Assembly (NCBI RefSeq): GCF_036321535.1
Contig: NC_087437.1
Location: 55,120,001 to 55,184,000, forward strand
DNA: 64,000 bases
Direction: 5' to 3'
Source of the DNA: Camelus dromedarius
Lineage: Eukaryota
The position numbers and the translations under genes were made by a program. The notes under the pieces were generated by a model, which saw nothing but the letters and a program-made list of their open reading frames with translations, was not told the origin of the DNA and ran no database searches. Below, one piece after another: positions 1 through 12,534 of this stretch (within the stretch, counting starts at the first letter, position 1; each line of letters opens with the position of its first letter).

Positions 1-66
1 GCATACATGAGGTCCTGGGTCCAATCCCCTGTACCTCCATTACAAAAAAATGAATAAATAAAAAAA
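1..66 (+). mobile_element. 3' half of camelid tRNA-derived SINE (Vic-1-like), cut by window edge
   Basis: GCATACATGAGGTCCTGGGTCCAATCCCCTGTACCTCC plus A-rich tail; closely matches the full copy at 11852-12005; degenerate B-box. Confidence 0.85.
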
Positions 67-69
67 CCA

Positions 70-325
70 AAACTCTGGAGATAACCAGTAATGCCAATTT
101 CCAGTCTTTCCTGCATACCAACAAGTGATCCATAGTTTTAAATAAAACTGTAATATATATGCTGTTTTGTATTTTCATTTTCTTCTTAACCAAAGATCCT
201 GAACGTTTTCCCACGTTGACACCTGCTCTTCACCATTACCGTAACCTCTCCATTGTGCTCCATTGTCTGGTGGTGACATGACTTATTTTGCCTTCGATTT
301 GGGGACACTTAGATTATTTCCAAGG
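70..325 (-). mobile_element. Ancient L1M (L1ME-like) 3' fragment
   Basis: Antisense L1M-type motifs such as GGACACTTAGATTATTTCCA; appears to continue at 850-1030. Confidence 0.55.
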
Positions 326-849
326 GTAGTAAGAGTATTAAGACAAAAACCCAATGATTGTGCCTCTTCGGCCTTCTAAAATGGGAAGAGGTTGAAATAA
401 TGCGTATGAACGGAGAAATAAATCCTTCTATTGTATCTTTCCACTCACAGACACCACTGGGGAAGCAAGAGATAAATCTTAAGACTCTTCGGTGCTGTTA
501 ATAGGTAAGACACCAAGTCGAGTCCACTCATGAGTCTCTGGTTAGTATGGGGTAGGAACTGGAGAGGAGAGAGCTGGATGAATGCGAGAAGTATTAGGGA
601 AGAAGAGTAGCCTAGGGGTGAAGAGGAGACCAAGAATGAGGGATCCTGGAAAACAAAGATGGAAAGAGGCTTAGAATGGAGGGATAGGTGCTGAGGAAGG
701 TGGTTGTCCGCTGAATGACCTCAGCAGGATGAAGGACTTAGGGTACATCCAGTCAGCAGACACTTAAATTACACTCTTTTTTTTTTTTTTTTGGCTTTGA
801 CCAACATGACATAGAATATCAAATTATTAAATACTTGCAAACAATACTT

Positions 850-1030
850 ATTTTTTTCTTTAGGCTAAATGTTAGAAATGAATTACTAGGTCCAAGAGAA
901 TGTACATCCTCAAGGCTTCCAGTATGAGTTGTCAAACAGCCCTGGCAAGATTTTAATCCTAATTTATGATTTTGCCATACCACCAACAGTGTGACAGGTG
1001 CCTTTCCCCATTATTTCCTCAGCATTAGTA
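850..1030 (-). mobile_element. Ancient L1M fragment (continuation)
   Basis: AGAAATGAATTACTAGGTC...CCACCAACAGTGTG...TTTCCCCA resembles antisense L1M 3' region. Confidence 0.6.
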
Positions 1031-1209
1031 TTGTTCTTCCCATTTTACAGGAGGGATAAATGGGGCTTGTCCATGTTCACAGAGCCCATAGCTTTCTGAT
1101 TCCAGTCCCGAGCTCTTCTCTGTCCACCATGCTGCCTCTTTTAACAGAACTGAGGGTATTTAACCTTTAGAAGACTCAGCCAGCATCAACCCTGACCCTG
1201 TTACTCCTC

Positions 1210-1640
1210 TCCTTAACCTCATCACTCTTAGATTAAAGCCTAAACTCTTTTACTGGCTTGGAAAGCCCTTCACAATCTAGTCCCTACTCACCTCTCCATG
1301 GTTCCCCTACCTAGAATTTTAAGCTCTTGCCATACAACGTCTCTCTAAGCTCTCGAATGTACATTGTTCTCTCTATTGCCTCAGGGCCTTTGCACCTGCT
1401 CTTCCCTCTCTCCCGTGGCATCATTGCCTGGGTAACTTCCGCTCATCCTTCAGAGTGAACTTAAACATCAGAACCTTCATGACCTTTACATTCTGAATTA
1501 TGAACCCCCATCACTCACATGTGCCCCTAGGGGACTCAGTACTTCCCCACGATGGTACCTACTGATTGTGTTGTCATTCTAATTGCCTGACTTCCCTCTT
1601 AGTGCTTCAGCTAAGGAGAACAAGATCCATGTTTGCCAAA
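1210..1640 (+). mobile_element. L2 LINE 3' fragment
   Basis: GCCTCAGGGCCTTTGCACCTGCT...CTCATCCTTCAG, typical L2 3' motifs. Confidence 0.7.
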
Positions 1641-2595
1641 CCAAAATCAGTTCTCGCCGAGTAGAGCATTCCCCTTTAGACGCAACAGCGACACTCACAA
1701 CCACTTCTGAGGGTTTCATACACAGCCCGTCTCACTCCTCTGGGTTCCCTGCTTGGCATCTGGAGCCATCCGAGTGCACCAACCTTGCAAGAGACAAACA
1801 TAGTTCCCATCAATGCCAGGAAGAAACTTCCCACGTGAAGAGCTTTCCAACCACGGAGTAGGTCCTCTCTTCATGTCGCAAGATGATCTCCTGCACGTGC
1901 TTCTTAGTAACTCCCAACGTGACTGGAGGAGCCCGCCGCCCTCCCCACCAGGCCACCCTCCACGTGCCAGGTGGACTCGGAGTGTGTGTGTGTGGAGCCA
2001 AACTGAACTAAAAGACTGTCTTGGCAACAGATCACTTTCTCAGATTCAACAACTTGCTTCCAGCCCAGCCAAAGGCTTGCCGCTCCGAGGCAAATGTCAC
2101 TGTGGTGGAGTTGTCTTAATGAGAAGGCATGCTTGCTTCTCTTCTGGGGGAGTTTCCTAGAGCAATGCTCTTAGAAACTCCTTGGCAGCAATCCTGAGCC
2201 AGCCTTGGCATTGACAGCGTCCTCCTGCTGGCATTAACAAGCCTCTTATTTAAATGTAAATGAGCTCTCAGTGCCAGTTTGTGAGCGAAACACATCACTT
2301 GTGTTAAACCAGAGCTGGGAATGCTACAACACACCAAATGTCGGCTTGGTTTCCACTTCCCCACCGCACCCGGGACTCTGAGGGGAGCTCTCTGTGCCTG
2401 GTCTTCTGCAGAGTTGTGCATCCTCAGACAACCAGGAGAATTGTGCAGTCCGGGGGCCCTACTTATAGCCCTAAATCTCCTTCGATATGACCTTGATCAA
2501 GTGACTGAGAGCTGCCCCTCAAAATCGGAACACTGTAAAATTGGGGTCACACAACAAAGCCGAGTCCGCAGAGAGCCCCACGAGGTCCTTCAGGT

Positions 2596-2609
2596 CCAGC
2601 AGAGGGTGT
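2596..2609 (+). promoter_or_regulatory. CTCF-like motif
   Basis: CCAGCAGAGGGTGT vs consensus CCASYAGRKGGCRS. Confidence 0.35.
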
Positions 2610-4417
2610 GAGCTGCCCCTTCTGCTTCACTGGCCGTGTCAGCCCCAGTCCTCCAGGGCCTGCCCGGGCTGGAGACGCCCTGATCCTCCGTGGGCTCTCT
2701 TGTTCCTCCTGCCTTAGTTCAGTTGCCGCCCAAATACACACTGTTCAGTGATCTTACCCCATATCTGGTCCTACTTAGCCATCTGCTGCCCCACTCAGTT
2801 TCCTCACCTTTATTTGTCCATATGATACCCAATTTCCTGTTTGGGCATTTTTTTTTCTTTATTTCCGATCTTTCTGGAATTGACTTGTGCCCTGCCGATA
2901 TCTGGATTCTAGGCATTTCTCCCCCAGACGCCACTACGGCCAGCATTTTTTCAGCATGTAGCATGCTAGATGCTAGGTTGTTTCTGTTTTCATGTGTCCT
3001 GCACAGTTGGACATAAGTGCACCTAGAGGCCAAGGCCTGGGTCTCATCCATGCTGGTAGCCCCGGATCCCAGCCCCAGTCCTAATGAACAAATAGATGAA
3101 GGTGTGAAGGGGGGATCAGAGAAACTCCATCTTCCCTGGGATCTTGCTACGGGAAACCAACTAGAGCTCTGTCCCATTTCACCTTCCTTCAAACTGGCAT
3201 ATGATTTTTAGCCAAATGTTCATTTGGACAAAATCCACAGCATCAAAACAATTGAGTTAGCCTGGAGGAGATGCTAGAAACATAAAACACATGTATGATG
3301 GGGCCTCCCGTGGGAAGCCCAGAGAGCTGCATTTAGTGAGACACGCAAAGTAATAGGAAGGAAGCCCCCGACAGATCATGGGCAGTTTTACCTGCAATGC
3401 TTTGAATTCAGCAAAAAGTGCCTTTGTTACAAGCAGCAGCAAGGTCATCCACTTTGCTGCCTAAACCTCTGAGTTTCTCTGCTGCCTCAGCCCAGGTCCT
3501 GGTGAAAAGTCACACTTCTGACTGCCAAGCCTGGACCAAGGTGGTGGAAACACCACGTCACACTCCCCTAGTCCCAGTCCTCGCCAATGACCCTTCACAG
3601 ACTTGGCCTGGGGCCCGTCTGGGGAAGGGGATGCATGGAATCAGCGGTCCCTGCTGTCCTCACCAGCCCTCAGGCTGGTTTGTGGCTCCGCTGGAGAGAA
3701 GGGCTTGAGACGGCAGGATCGGGAGGATTTACACAAGCCTTTGTGAGACAGCACAGAGGACAGTGCAGAAGGCATGGGGGAGGGAGAAGATGCTTTCTTT
3801 CCTTCTGGGAATGATCTTGAAGCCTGCAGACTGGAAATATTGGAGACAGCAGTCTTGACGCCAAACTCGATGTTCTTGCAGTGGTGGGTGGAGTTGCCGG
3901 GAGGTTTCTGCAGTTCTTTCTACAGGAATCAGTCATAGACAGGTGGGAGGAGGGGCAAGGATTAAGACCCATGCATGGCGGTTGTTGCAGACAGTCTGCT
4001 TTGTGGGTCCTGGTGACTCTCCTCTTTGGGGACTCCCAGCAATAGATGGGGGATACCTTAACAGAAGCTGATTTCTGGCAACCAGGCCAGTAAGAGTTTC
4101 TATTATCATACTTTCAGTAAAAATAAGCAGCCCCCCCCCCCCGCCTTTGCTTTTGGTAATCACAGACTGGTGAGCCCTGAGACTTACGCTCTCAGTTACA
4201 CTCCAGGAGTAAAGAAAAGCAGCAGGGAGAGAGCCCTGTGTTCTTCTCCTGGAGTCAGAAATCTGGTGTTCAGTGCTGGCTCAGCCTCTAAGGCCCAGGG
4301 TGATGCTGAGCAAGCTTCTTTCCCCCAGGAATTTGGTTTTCTCATCTGTAAAATGAGGCAATTGAGCCACATAAGCCCAAAGGAGAATCTACTGAAAAGC
4401 AGACTAGAAACCAAATG

Positions 4418-4680
4418 TTCATTCATTCATTTAACCAGAAACTAACATTGTAAATCAACTACACAACAATAAAAAATTTTTAAAACAAACAAACAAACAA
4501 ACAAATATTAAGCGCCTGCTCAGTATCAGGGAATGTGCTAGGCGCTAGAGAAAGAATGGTGAAGAGAAGATGTGAGCCTTGTCTCCGTGAAAAGTTCAGT
4601 CAAGTGGGTGAGATAGCCATTGATTGAAGAATGAAAATAAGGAAAAAATCATAACTGTGATGATGCTATGAAGGTGAGAA
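4418..4680 (-). mobile_element. L2 3' end interrupted by a short L1 tail
   Basis: TTCATTCATTCATTTAA...CAAATATTAAGCGCCTGCT...GTGCTAGGCGCT. Confidence 0.65.
4435..4502 (+). mobile_element. Severely 5'-truncated cetartiodactyl-type L1 3' end
   Basis: CCAGAAACTAACATTGTAAATCAACTAC..AATAAAA then (AAAC)n tail; matches the end of the copy at 13714-13938. Confidence 0.75.
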
Positions 4681-4699
4681 CGATGGCTTTTAGGGAGTG

Positions 4700-4746
<47 letters not shown>
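4700..4746. repeat. Compound microsatellite (TA)n(GA)n
   Basis: Direct reading. Confidence 0.95.
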
Positions 4747-5980
4747 TAACGTCAGGCACATGTATTCATGGTTCAGGAGAGCGAGAACATAGATGGTGGC
4801 AAGAGGGAGACAGGGTCAGATCAGAGAGAAAAAAATGGCGTCACTGCAGCCGAGAGGGGAGAGTCCGACGTGAGGAGTCCAGTCAGAACTTGATGGGAAG
4901 GACTCTGTGCTGGTTTTTCCTCACTCCCCCTCTTCTCCCCACACAACTGCGAGCACAGTACAGAGTGGGTACTCCACGTATGCTTGGGGGAGAGATACAT
5001 TCTTCTTAGCTATGCAAACAAGACCCAAGGGGCGAAATCAATTGTTCAAGGTCACTTAGTCTGTTGGTGGCTGGAGATAAAATTGACATCGAACTTTGAA
5101 ATCATAGAGTGCTTTAGAACAGAATTGTTTTCACAGCTGCAACCTCACACCCGATTCCTAAGCAACAGTTCCAACTGCCCTGGAGGCACCAAGAGGAGAG
5201 GATCGTTGGACAGACAGCTCTTCAAGACTCACGCACACCCCCTTCCTTCCTCGCTCCCTTCGACTGCTTGTTAATGTCATGCTACCACCTTTTGCCTTGT
5301 TCACCGAGACAGAGGAGGAAAAGGACCTTGCCGGAGACCGTCTCCCTCATCTCTGGCGCACTTTTTCTCCTCCTAATGGGACATCGGAGAGAAATGCCGC
5401 CTGGAAGCTGACAGCTGGGCAGCCACCAGATTTACAGCAGCATAGAAGAGGTCAGAGGCTAAGTGGAAAACTGTGTAGATATAAAACATCCGCTTCCTTG
5501 AAACAGTGTCTTCCTCTGTGAAATAGACATAGGAAGTGATCTGTGGTCTTTGGTTCTCTTCATTTAAGGAGTTTCTGCCTCACCTTCTAAAAGCAAAACC
5601 TCCAAGCGGGCTGATGGCGGTTGGTCTGGTGAGGGACCAGGTCCTAGTGCTTCTGCAAATGAGAGCAAGAGGAGATGAGAAGACCCACCTCCGAGAGATC
5701 CCAGAGCAGCCGGGCTCAGGCTGCCCCGTCAGCCTTTGGTTTGAGCATTTGAATTATGGAAATGGCTTTCACATCGGTGGCATTCATGCTTGAAAACGTA
5801 CAGTACAGCCCACTGTCTGTTCCACGTCCCTGGAACACCTCTGCTTCTTGTATTTTTCCAGATCAAGCAACTTTGGCCAGACAGCCTAAGAATCTACCTC
5901 ACAGTTATTTGCATTCAACTAAATTGTATCCTCCAGTTGCTAGTATGGCACAATTGAACAATTTATCATCTGTGGATGTA

Positions 5981-6040
5981 TGTACATACACACATATATA
6001 TAAAAAAAAAAAATATATATATATATGTGTGTGTGTGTGT
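5981..6040. repeat. Compound microsatellite (CA)(TA)-A run-(TA)(TG)
   Basis: Direct reading. Confidence 0.9.
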
Positions 6041-6932
6041 TCGTCCTAGGATGCGGATGTCTGTGGAGGACTGGAGGGTCTGTGGGGCAGATCAGCAGGT
6101 GCCTATTGGCAGCAGTGACCAAGAAACCTGCTGGGAAGGGAGGTTTCTAAGGGACGAGAGAGTAGGGTCCTCTAACAAAGGTCTGTAGAAAATGAACTTT
6201 GGGAAAGGAGAGGGGCTATTCTCAGAACATTGTATCCATTAGTCTCTGGTCTGCCTGCTGCCTCAACTCATGCTGGAACTTGGGAGAGAAAATGATCATA
6301 ATAAATCGAAAACAAGGTTTCACTAAAATCTGTAAGAATTAGGAGCACCAGGCAGCTCTAATATGGGGCCCATAGAACGTCGTCCTACGAAACAAAAGGA
6401 GGCAGCCCAAGCTCGCTCTCGTGCTTTGAGGGTAGACCTACGCGTGGGGTCTGCACCTTTGACAGCCATGTGCACTTGCATTTGCGGTGGCAGTGTGGAG
6501 ATTGTGCCTCCAGTTCACTGTCAGAGTCAACAGAAGGAACTGGAAGGAGCAAAATGAAACATTCCACATGATGCTGTGTATGAGAACACGTGTGAGTCAC
6601 CCCCTCAGGCTGCTCGGAAGTAGTCTGAGAGCACTGGATAGGGGATTCTAGACGTTGAGGTGCAGGTGCGACCAGGAGAGGACTGCCTGGGGACTCAGAT
6701 CAAGTCCTCACACTTACTGCAAGGCTAGTGTCAGATGGAAAATGAGGGATTTGTTAGTAGTATTATTGTTATAAATATATGCAAAACCTTTAATATAGTG
6801 CCTAGCATAAAATTAGCCAATGTTATATAACATCATAAAAATTTCTAATACTGACACATAATCAATGTGAATTTATTACTTTTTCCAAAACTACAAGACA
6901 CTATTTGCATTTGGGAACTATTTACCATGTCT

Positions 6933-7190
6933 GTATATAAAACATATATTATAAAATATATAAATATATAATACATATTATATTCAATATATAATATATT
7001 ATAATTATACTTAATGCATGTTATATAATTATATATAATAAATATATAAATATATAATAAATATATAAATATATTATATATTGTTTATACATAATTATTT
7101 GTGAATTATTTAAATATATAACTTTCATATATATTTTCACATACATATGCATATATATTTTTCATATGTGTATTCATATACATATTCTTT
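6933..7190. repeat. AT-rich low-complexity (TA)-type tract
   Basis: Almost G/C-free, with a 19-nt-period internal duplication near 7032-7071. Confidence 0.9.
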
Positions 7191-9237
7191 TATCATTAAT
7201 TGCATGTCGTGTTTCCTCCAACTGGAGCAAGAATCATAGCTCCCTCAGATGATCTACTAGGAATGATTTGACATGCGGTCTTGTATTTCCTTTTGGAAGA
7301 ACATGATTAAAGTTCATGAACTTTAAAAATTGATGAGCTTCACAGAATCCCAGCTCCCATGTGCCTCTGCCTGACTTCCTTCTACCTTTCTCCCTATAGT
7401 AATATTTAGGAAAAAGAGCAGGAAATTATGGTTTTTATGGCAGCCATGTGGTCATCACCGTTTGGGGATATGGTGACACTTAACCAAGGGAGGTGTGAAC
7501 CTTCCCAGTACATCAGAGATGTCCCCTGAACACGTTTAGGAAGATCTCTAACATCTTCCTTTCTGGCTGCCACAGATCACCCAAAGCAACCGGGGGGCTA
7601 CGATGTAGGAAGAGAACCACACAAGGACTCAGAGCCCAGTTATCACTCAAAAGCCACCTTTTACTAACTATGGCCAGAACCACATCACTTAGCTTCTCCA
7701 AGTTTCAGTTTCCTCTCCTGTAAAATGACGATGATGACACCAGCCCCTGCTGCTTTACTGGACTGGTGGGAAGATCTCACTAAAGAGTGAATGTGAAAGC
7801 CCTTTGAAAACTATAGCTTACCGAGGATGGAACACAGCATCACCACCCCTAGAGAAGCCCCTCGCGAGCAGCTGCTGACTGTCTGGTACTATGGGGGTTT
7901 GCTGCCTGCTTTCCTATGGGAGGGGTCCTTCCCTGGTGGTCTGGTGCTTCTCGTCAGTCTGACTAGGTCAACATTCAAAACCTGATGACTGAGGTTCCCT
8001 TCCTTGTCCTCTGCCCTCCAGCAGATGTCTGAAAGCTGGGGCCCGGAATTTTGAAGTGTGGGATACATTTTCAGGGTTGGAGAGCCTCGTGCTTCCCAGA
8101 TGTCTGAGGACTGGGCTTCTCTCTTATTTTTCCTTTATTGCCAGTTCCTTCGTGCTTTCCCAGCTAAGTGGGTAAAGGTCTCGGTTTCAGTCCTGCCCAT
8201 TGTGTTATCCCAAATGAGTCATTTCCTAACTCGGGTGCCTCTGCTTCCTCAACTGAAAATCTGACCTTCTGCCTGCCGGCACCAGAGCAGCCCCACATTT
8301 ACCTCTTTTTACAGAGGGTTGACTTTACAAAAGACTTCACACAAAAAAGAAGCATTGCTAATTTCTCTAAGCCATTTGGACTAGATCTTTGTGTAAACCA
8401 CAACTGATCTCTGATACCGTGGTTCCTCACATGTGGATTATGTAATTCCTTCCTGGGAAACTCTTAACCAACTATAAAATGAGGGGTATTTGTACATTTT
8501 TAATTAACCAAGTTTTGAAGTAATGGCTGTGTAAGCACCCATGTGAAGGATCATTCTTATCAATGTTTCTCATCCCATCATGTACTTCCAATGAATTTCA
8601 GTCTAACGGAATCTTGCCAAGAAACTCATAGAAAAAGCTACGCTTTCCCTGAAAATACAAAGATGTGTCAACCTCAGTGGGTTGGTTAAGTTTTCTGTTT
8701 CACTCAGAGTCTGGCATCAAATCCATTTAGCTTTGTGAGGCTTATCCATTAAAGACACTTGGACGATTTTACTGGCCACTGTGGCAAAGATGTAGTCCTT
8801 TGCAGAACATGCAGAATTTGGAACAATGAATAGTGGCCTTCTTATTGGTGTCCATATCCAAGAGATGATTTATCTTCCAGGGAACAACCAAGTAAATAAC
8901 ACATCAGCAGAGCCAGTATCCCACTGTGAATAATTATGGGGGCCTTTCAGATTTTAATTTGCATGAAAAGACATGGGAAACCAGGAGGCTCACTCCTTTG
9001 CTCTTAGTCTAAACTTGACCTATAATTCTCTTTAACAGTCTCCTGGAAATCATAGTGTAGGGACAGGATGAGATGCTGTTTGTATTAACCCAGTGCATAG
9101 CAGTAATGCAGGAGGAAGAAGGACAGGATCTTCAAAGTTAAGATACCTGGGCACATTCTCCTTGGGGCAGAGACAAGTCCTTGCAAATGAACTCAGTGTT
9201 GGTCTTTCCCTCATGCTACAAAAGGAAGACCACAGTC

Positions 9238-9500
9238 AGAATCATGGAATTTCAGCTTTGAAAAAGTCTTAAGTGGTCAAATTGTTCAGCTATAACAGGC
9301 AGCTGGAATTATTCCTAAAGCATCTCTTCCAAATGGTTGTTGAACCATTGCTTGTTTATCTCCAGTGATGGGAAACTCAGCTTCTGAAAAGCTCTACTGA
9401 ACGGTTCTACAAAAATCATCTTTTTAGACTGAGCTATATATGACTTGAATTTCTACCCACTGATTCTAGTTACATCCTCTGATGCCACAGACAAAATAGC
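9238..9500 (-). mobile_element. L3/CR1 LINE 3' fragment
   Basis: AGAATCATGGAATTTCAG...CTCCAGTGATGGGAAACTCA...TTCTACCCACTGATTCTAGTT resembles antisense L3 3' end. Confidence 0.65.
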
Positions 9501-11609
9501 AGTTTGACAAACCTGCCTTTTCCTCCCATTATTATTAAACTTACCTTGATTTGAACATAGGGAACATCCCCTTTTAGGGAAAGAAATGAACTTTAGTAGG
9601 AAGAATTTCTACTATATGCTAGCTCCTACTATTGCTTCCCATCATCCTCATTATTTTTGGATAGGGTTGGAATTACCAGTGTTCATTAGCCTACTAAAGC
9701 TCTGAGAGGTAGAATTCTGCAGGGCCATCCAGCTTGAAGATGGCAGCTCAGGAATTCAGGACCAGCTCTGGAAAGTCAGATACTTCCCATCATTTTTTGT
9801 TGCTTCCCAGCACAAAGGATCCTAGAAAGACCTCTGGACTTTTCTTTTTACATTTCCTACCTCAAAATAAACAAAGAAAACTAGAGAAGACATCTAGAAT
9901 TCAGTGGTGGTCCTGACTGCCCATCTTGGTGTCAGAGATCCTCCAAAATCTGAGGGTCTGGAACTGGGCAGGAAACTCAGATACAAAATTCTGCTTGGAG
10001 GCCAGCTCAGAAGGTTCCATTTCAGAGCTAGGCTGCTGCTCTCTGAGGCAGTAATCATTCTGTGGCAATATATGCAAGAGACAGTTAAAAAATATCTCTT
10101 CCCCATTTACTGCTTTAGAAACAGAATCCACTGCCTAATTGAGAATCCTTTCTGCCTAATTACTCCATTCCCAATTTTTTTTTTAAGCAGCAGAGTTGCT
10201 GTGGAATTATGTACAGTATAATTTCATCATTTAGCAATATGTAAATTAGGAGAAGAAAGGAAGAGGGAGAGATGATCATCCTTCTGAGTTTCTGTGTGCA
10301 GAGATGAGGGGTGAGATACGTGGACACAAGGACACGGCCGCGTGGCAGAGCTGGGTCTGGGTTCCAGTTCCCCTGCTGGACAGCTCTGTGCTCCTAGACA
10401 AAATCCCATCATCTTCCTGAGTCTCAGTTTTCCCCTTTGCCACGTTTTGCACTTGTCTTCCCAGCATCTAGCCCAGCTCCTTGCCATTACCTAGTATCTA
10501 CCCGGTGAATGAATGAGTACCTGTTTTGCCTCCTTCACAAGGAATATGAAAATATCTAATAAACTATCAAGTGATGACCGGGTATAGAGTGCTTTAAGCA
10601 CTCATGGAGAAAATACTGTTTAATGCCAAAAATCAGAAAACCCCCTTTTCTTGCCTTGTTTATTGGTGAAATGATCTACTTCTTTGAAAGTAAGATAAAA
10701 CAGTGATGTTCCAATATGCTGGTGTCTGTCAGTGATGAAATCACCTTTAATTGCCCTGGCTGCCCTACCACGCTTTACAGAGGAAAAAGTGGGGGAAGTG
10801 AGACTGTCTTTTTTCAGCAAGTTTATGGAAGAAATCAAGTCCTTGTGTCCCCTGGAGGCTGGCTAGATCTGGGGCTTTCTGGATGGGTCCTCCCCTGGGG
10901 GCACCACTCAGGTTTACCTGTGGGCTCAGCCTGTTTCCAGCCCACCTGCACAGGGAGAGGCAATGGGGGGCTGGGGGCAGAGACCCTCAGGTTGTCCCAC
11001 TCCTCAAGGGATGTGGCTTCAGTCCCCCTGGGCTTCTGATAGCATCCTTGCTGTGGGATTTGCTCTGAGGGATCTAGGGTTGCACTGCTCCCTCCCCTCA
11101 ACTCCCTGAGATAAGTGCCTCTTATTCCTTGTTGCCTCATTAATTCAGGCTTTCCCCACCAGGTCAGGGCAAATGCAGGCCAGGCTCACATTTTTTTCCT
11201 AAAACAGGAAATCCAGTTTTGATTGCCCCTGTGTCTTTGTGAGACACTGAGAAGTTATGGTACAATGACTTAAATTAGATCTGGATTTGGGAAAACTCAA
11301 AAGTTACTTCCTCTTTGAGCATCAGTTTCTCCATTTCTGGGCAACGAGCTAAAAGTGGATGATACCTAAATAGTCTTATGTTTTCCACCGTTATGTTCTC
11401 CCCCTCTGCGACCAGAGACCCTGGGCCTCACTACCCAGAGTATTGACACGGTTGGACTGACCTTGCATTAATAGAGAAAAGAATTAAATGACCCAGTGAA
11501 TGCACCAGCTAAAGCCTGCATGAGAGAGGCAGCAACCGCAGACTGGAGAATTTGTCTTACACGCACTGTTTCTCACACGTATAGAGCTTTACCTGACTGG
11601 GGGCTAAGA

Positions 11610-11793
11610 TGCGGTGAGGTCTAACGGGAAAGCATAGAACTTGGGTTCAAGAGACCCGGAGTTTTGGCCACAGCTCTGTGACCCTGGGCTAATCACTTTA
11701 CCTCTCTGAGCTTTAAGTTTTCTGACTTGTACAATAAGGTAACTATAATTTCCCCTTCCCCACAGGTGGTTGTAGAATCAAGTGAAAAATGCA
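11610..11793 (+). mobile_element. MIR SINE
   Basis: Core CTGTGACCCTGGGCTAATCACTTTACCTCTCTGAGC. Confidence 0.75.
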
Positions 11794-11851
11794 TTTTTTC
11801 TTTTTTTTAAATTGAAAAAAATTTATTTAAAATTTTGTTTGAGAAAATGCA

Positions 11852-12005
11852 TTTTCTTTTTTCTTTTCTTTTTTTTTTTTTTTAAGGGGGAAGAGGTAAT
11901 TAGGTTTATTTATTTTATTTATTTTTAGAGGAGGTACTGGGGATTGAATCCAGAACCTCCTGCATGTTAAGCATGCACTCTCCCGCTTGAGCTATACCCT
12001 CCCCC
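11852..12005 (-). mobile_element. Full-length camelid tRNA-derived SINE (Vic-1-like) with 10-bp TSD
   Basis: Reverse strand reads GGGGGAGGGTATAGCTCAAGCGGGAGAG (A-box)...GGATTCAATCCCC (B-box)...AAACCTAATTACCTC-polyA; TSD AGAAAATGCA at 11842-11851 and 12007-12016. Confidence 0.92.
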
Positions 12006-12534
12006 AAGAAAATGCAACTATATATCAAAGAACAAGCCATTGCAGTAATGATGGGAACTGAAATTTCTATTTCATTTCAGAATTTCCAAGGCATGCAGAA
12101 TGAAATGTACAGTTGTACAGTTAGGAGAGAGAGAATTTTCTTAGAAATCATCCTTCTTACTTTCTGTTGTTTTTCTGTCTTATAGGTAGTCAAACACTCA
12201 GCGAATATCGAGTACCTAGAATATGACAAACACAAAATAGGGAGCTACTGCTGAGAATCAGACAGGCAGAGTTCCTGCCCTAAAGATGTCTCATGCATAC
12301 TGGTTCAACAGGCTTATGCCCCAGGGCGCGCTATTCTAGGTCTCTTCACTATGGTAGTCGTCAGCACAACTGAGTTCAATGATAATTGGCTGAGCTCCGG
12401 CCATCTGAAAAGTATCCATAAGGGATGCTTTGGGAGTTTAGTAAGAACGGACCCCTGCCCACAAGGATGTCACTCAAAGTCTGTTTATTAAAGGGCGGGA
12501 GAGAGAGGAAGGGATAACGTAAGTGCCCAACCAA

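Noticed and set aside
2953..2974. 20/22 palindrome with CATG cores as a p53 element
   Set aside because: Flanks do not fit RRRCWWGYYY half-sites
11930..12005. tRNA gene
   Set aside because: The tRNA-like head continues into SINE body, A tail and TSD
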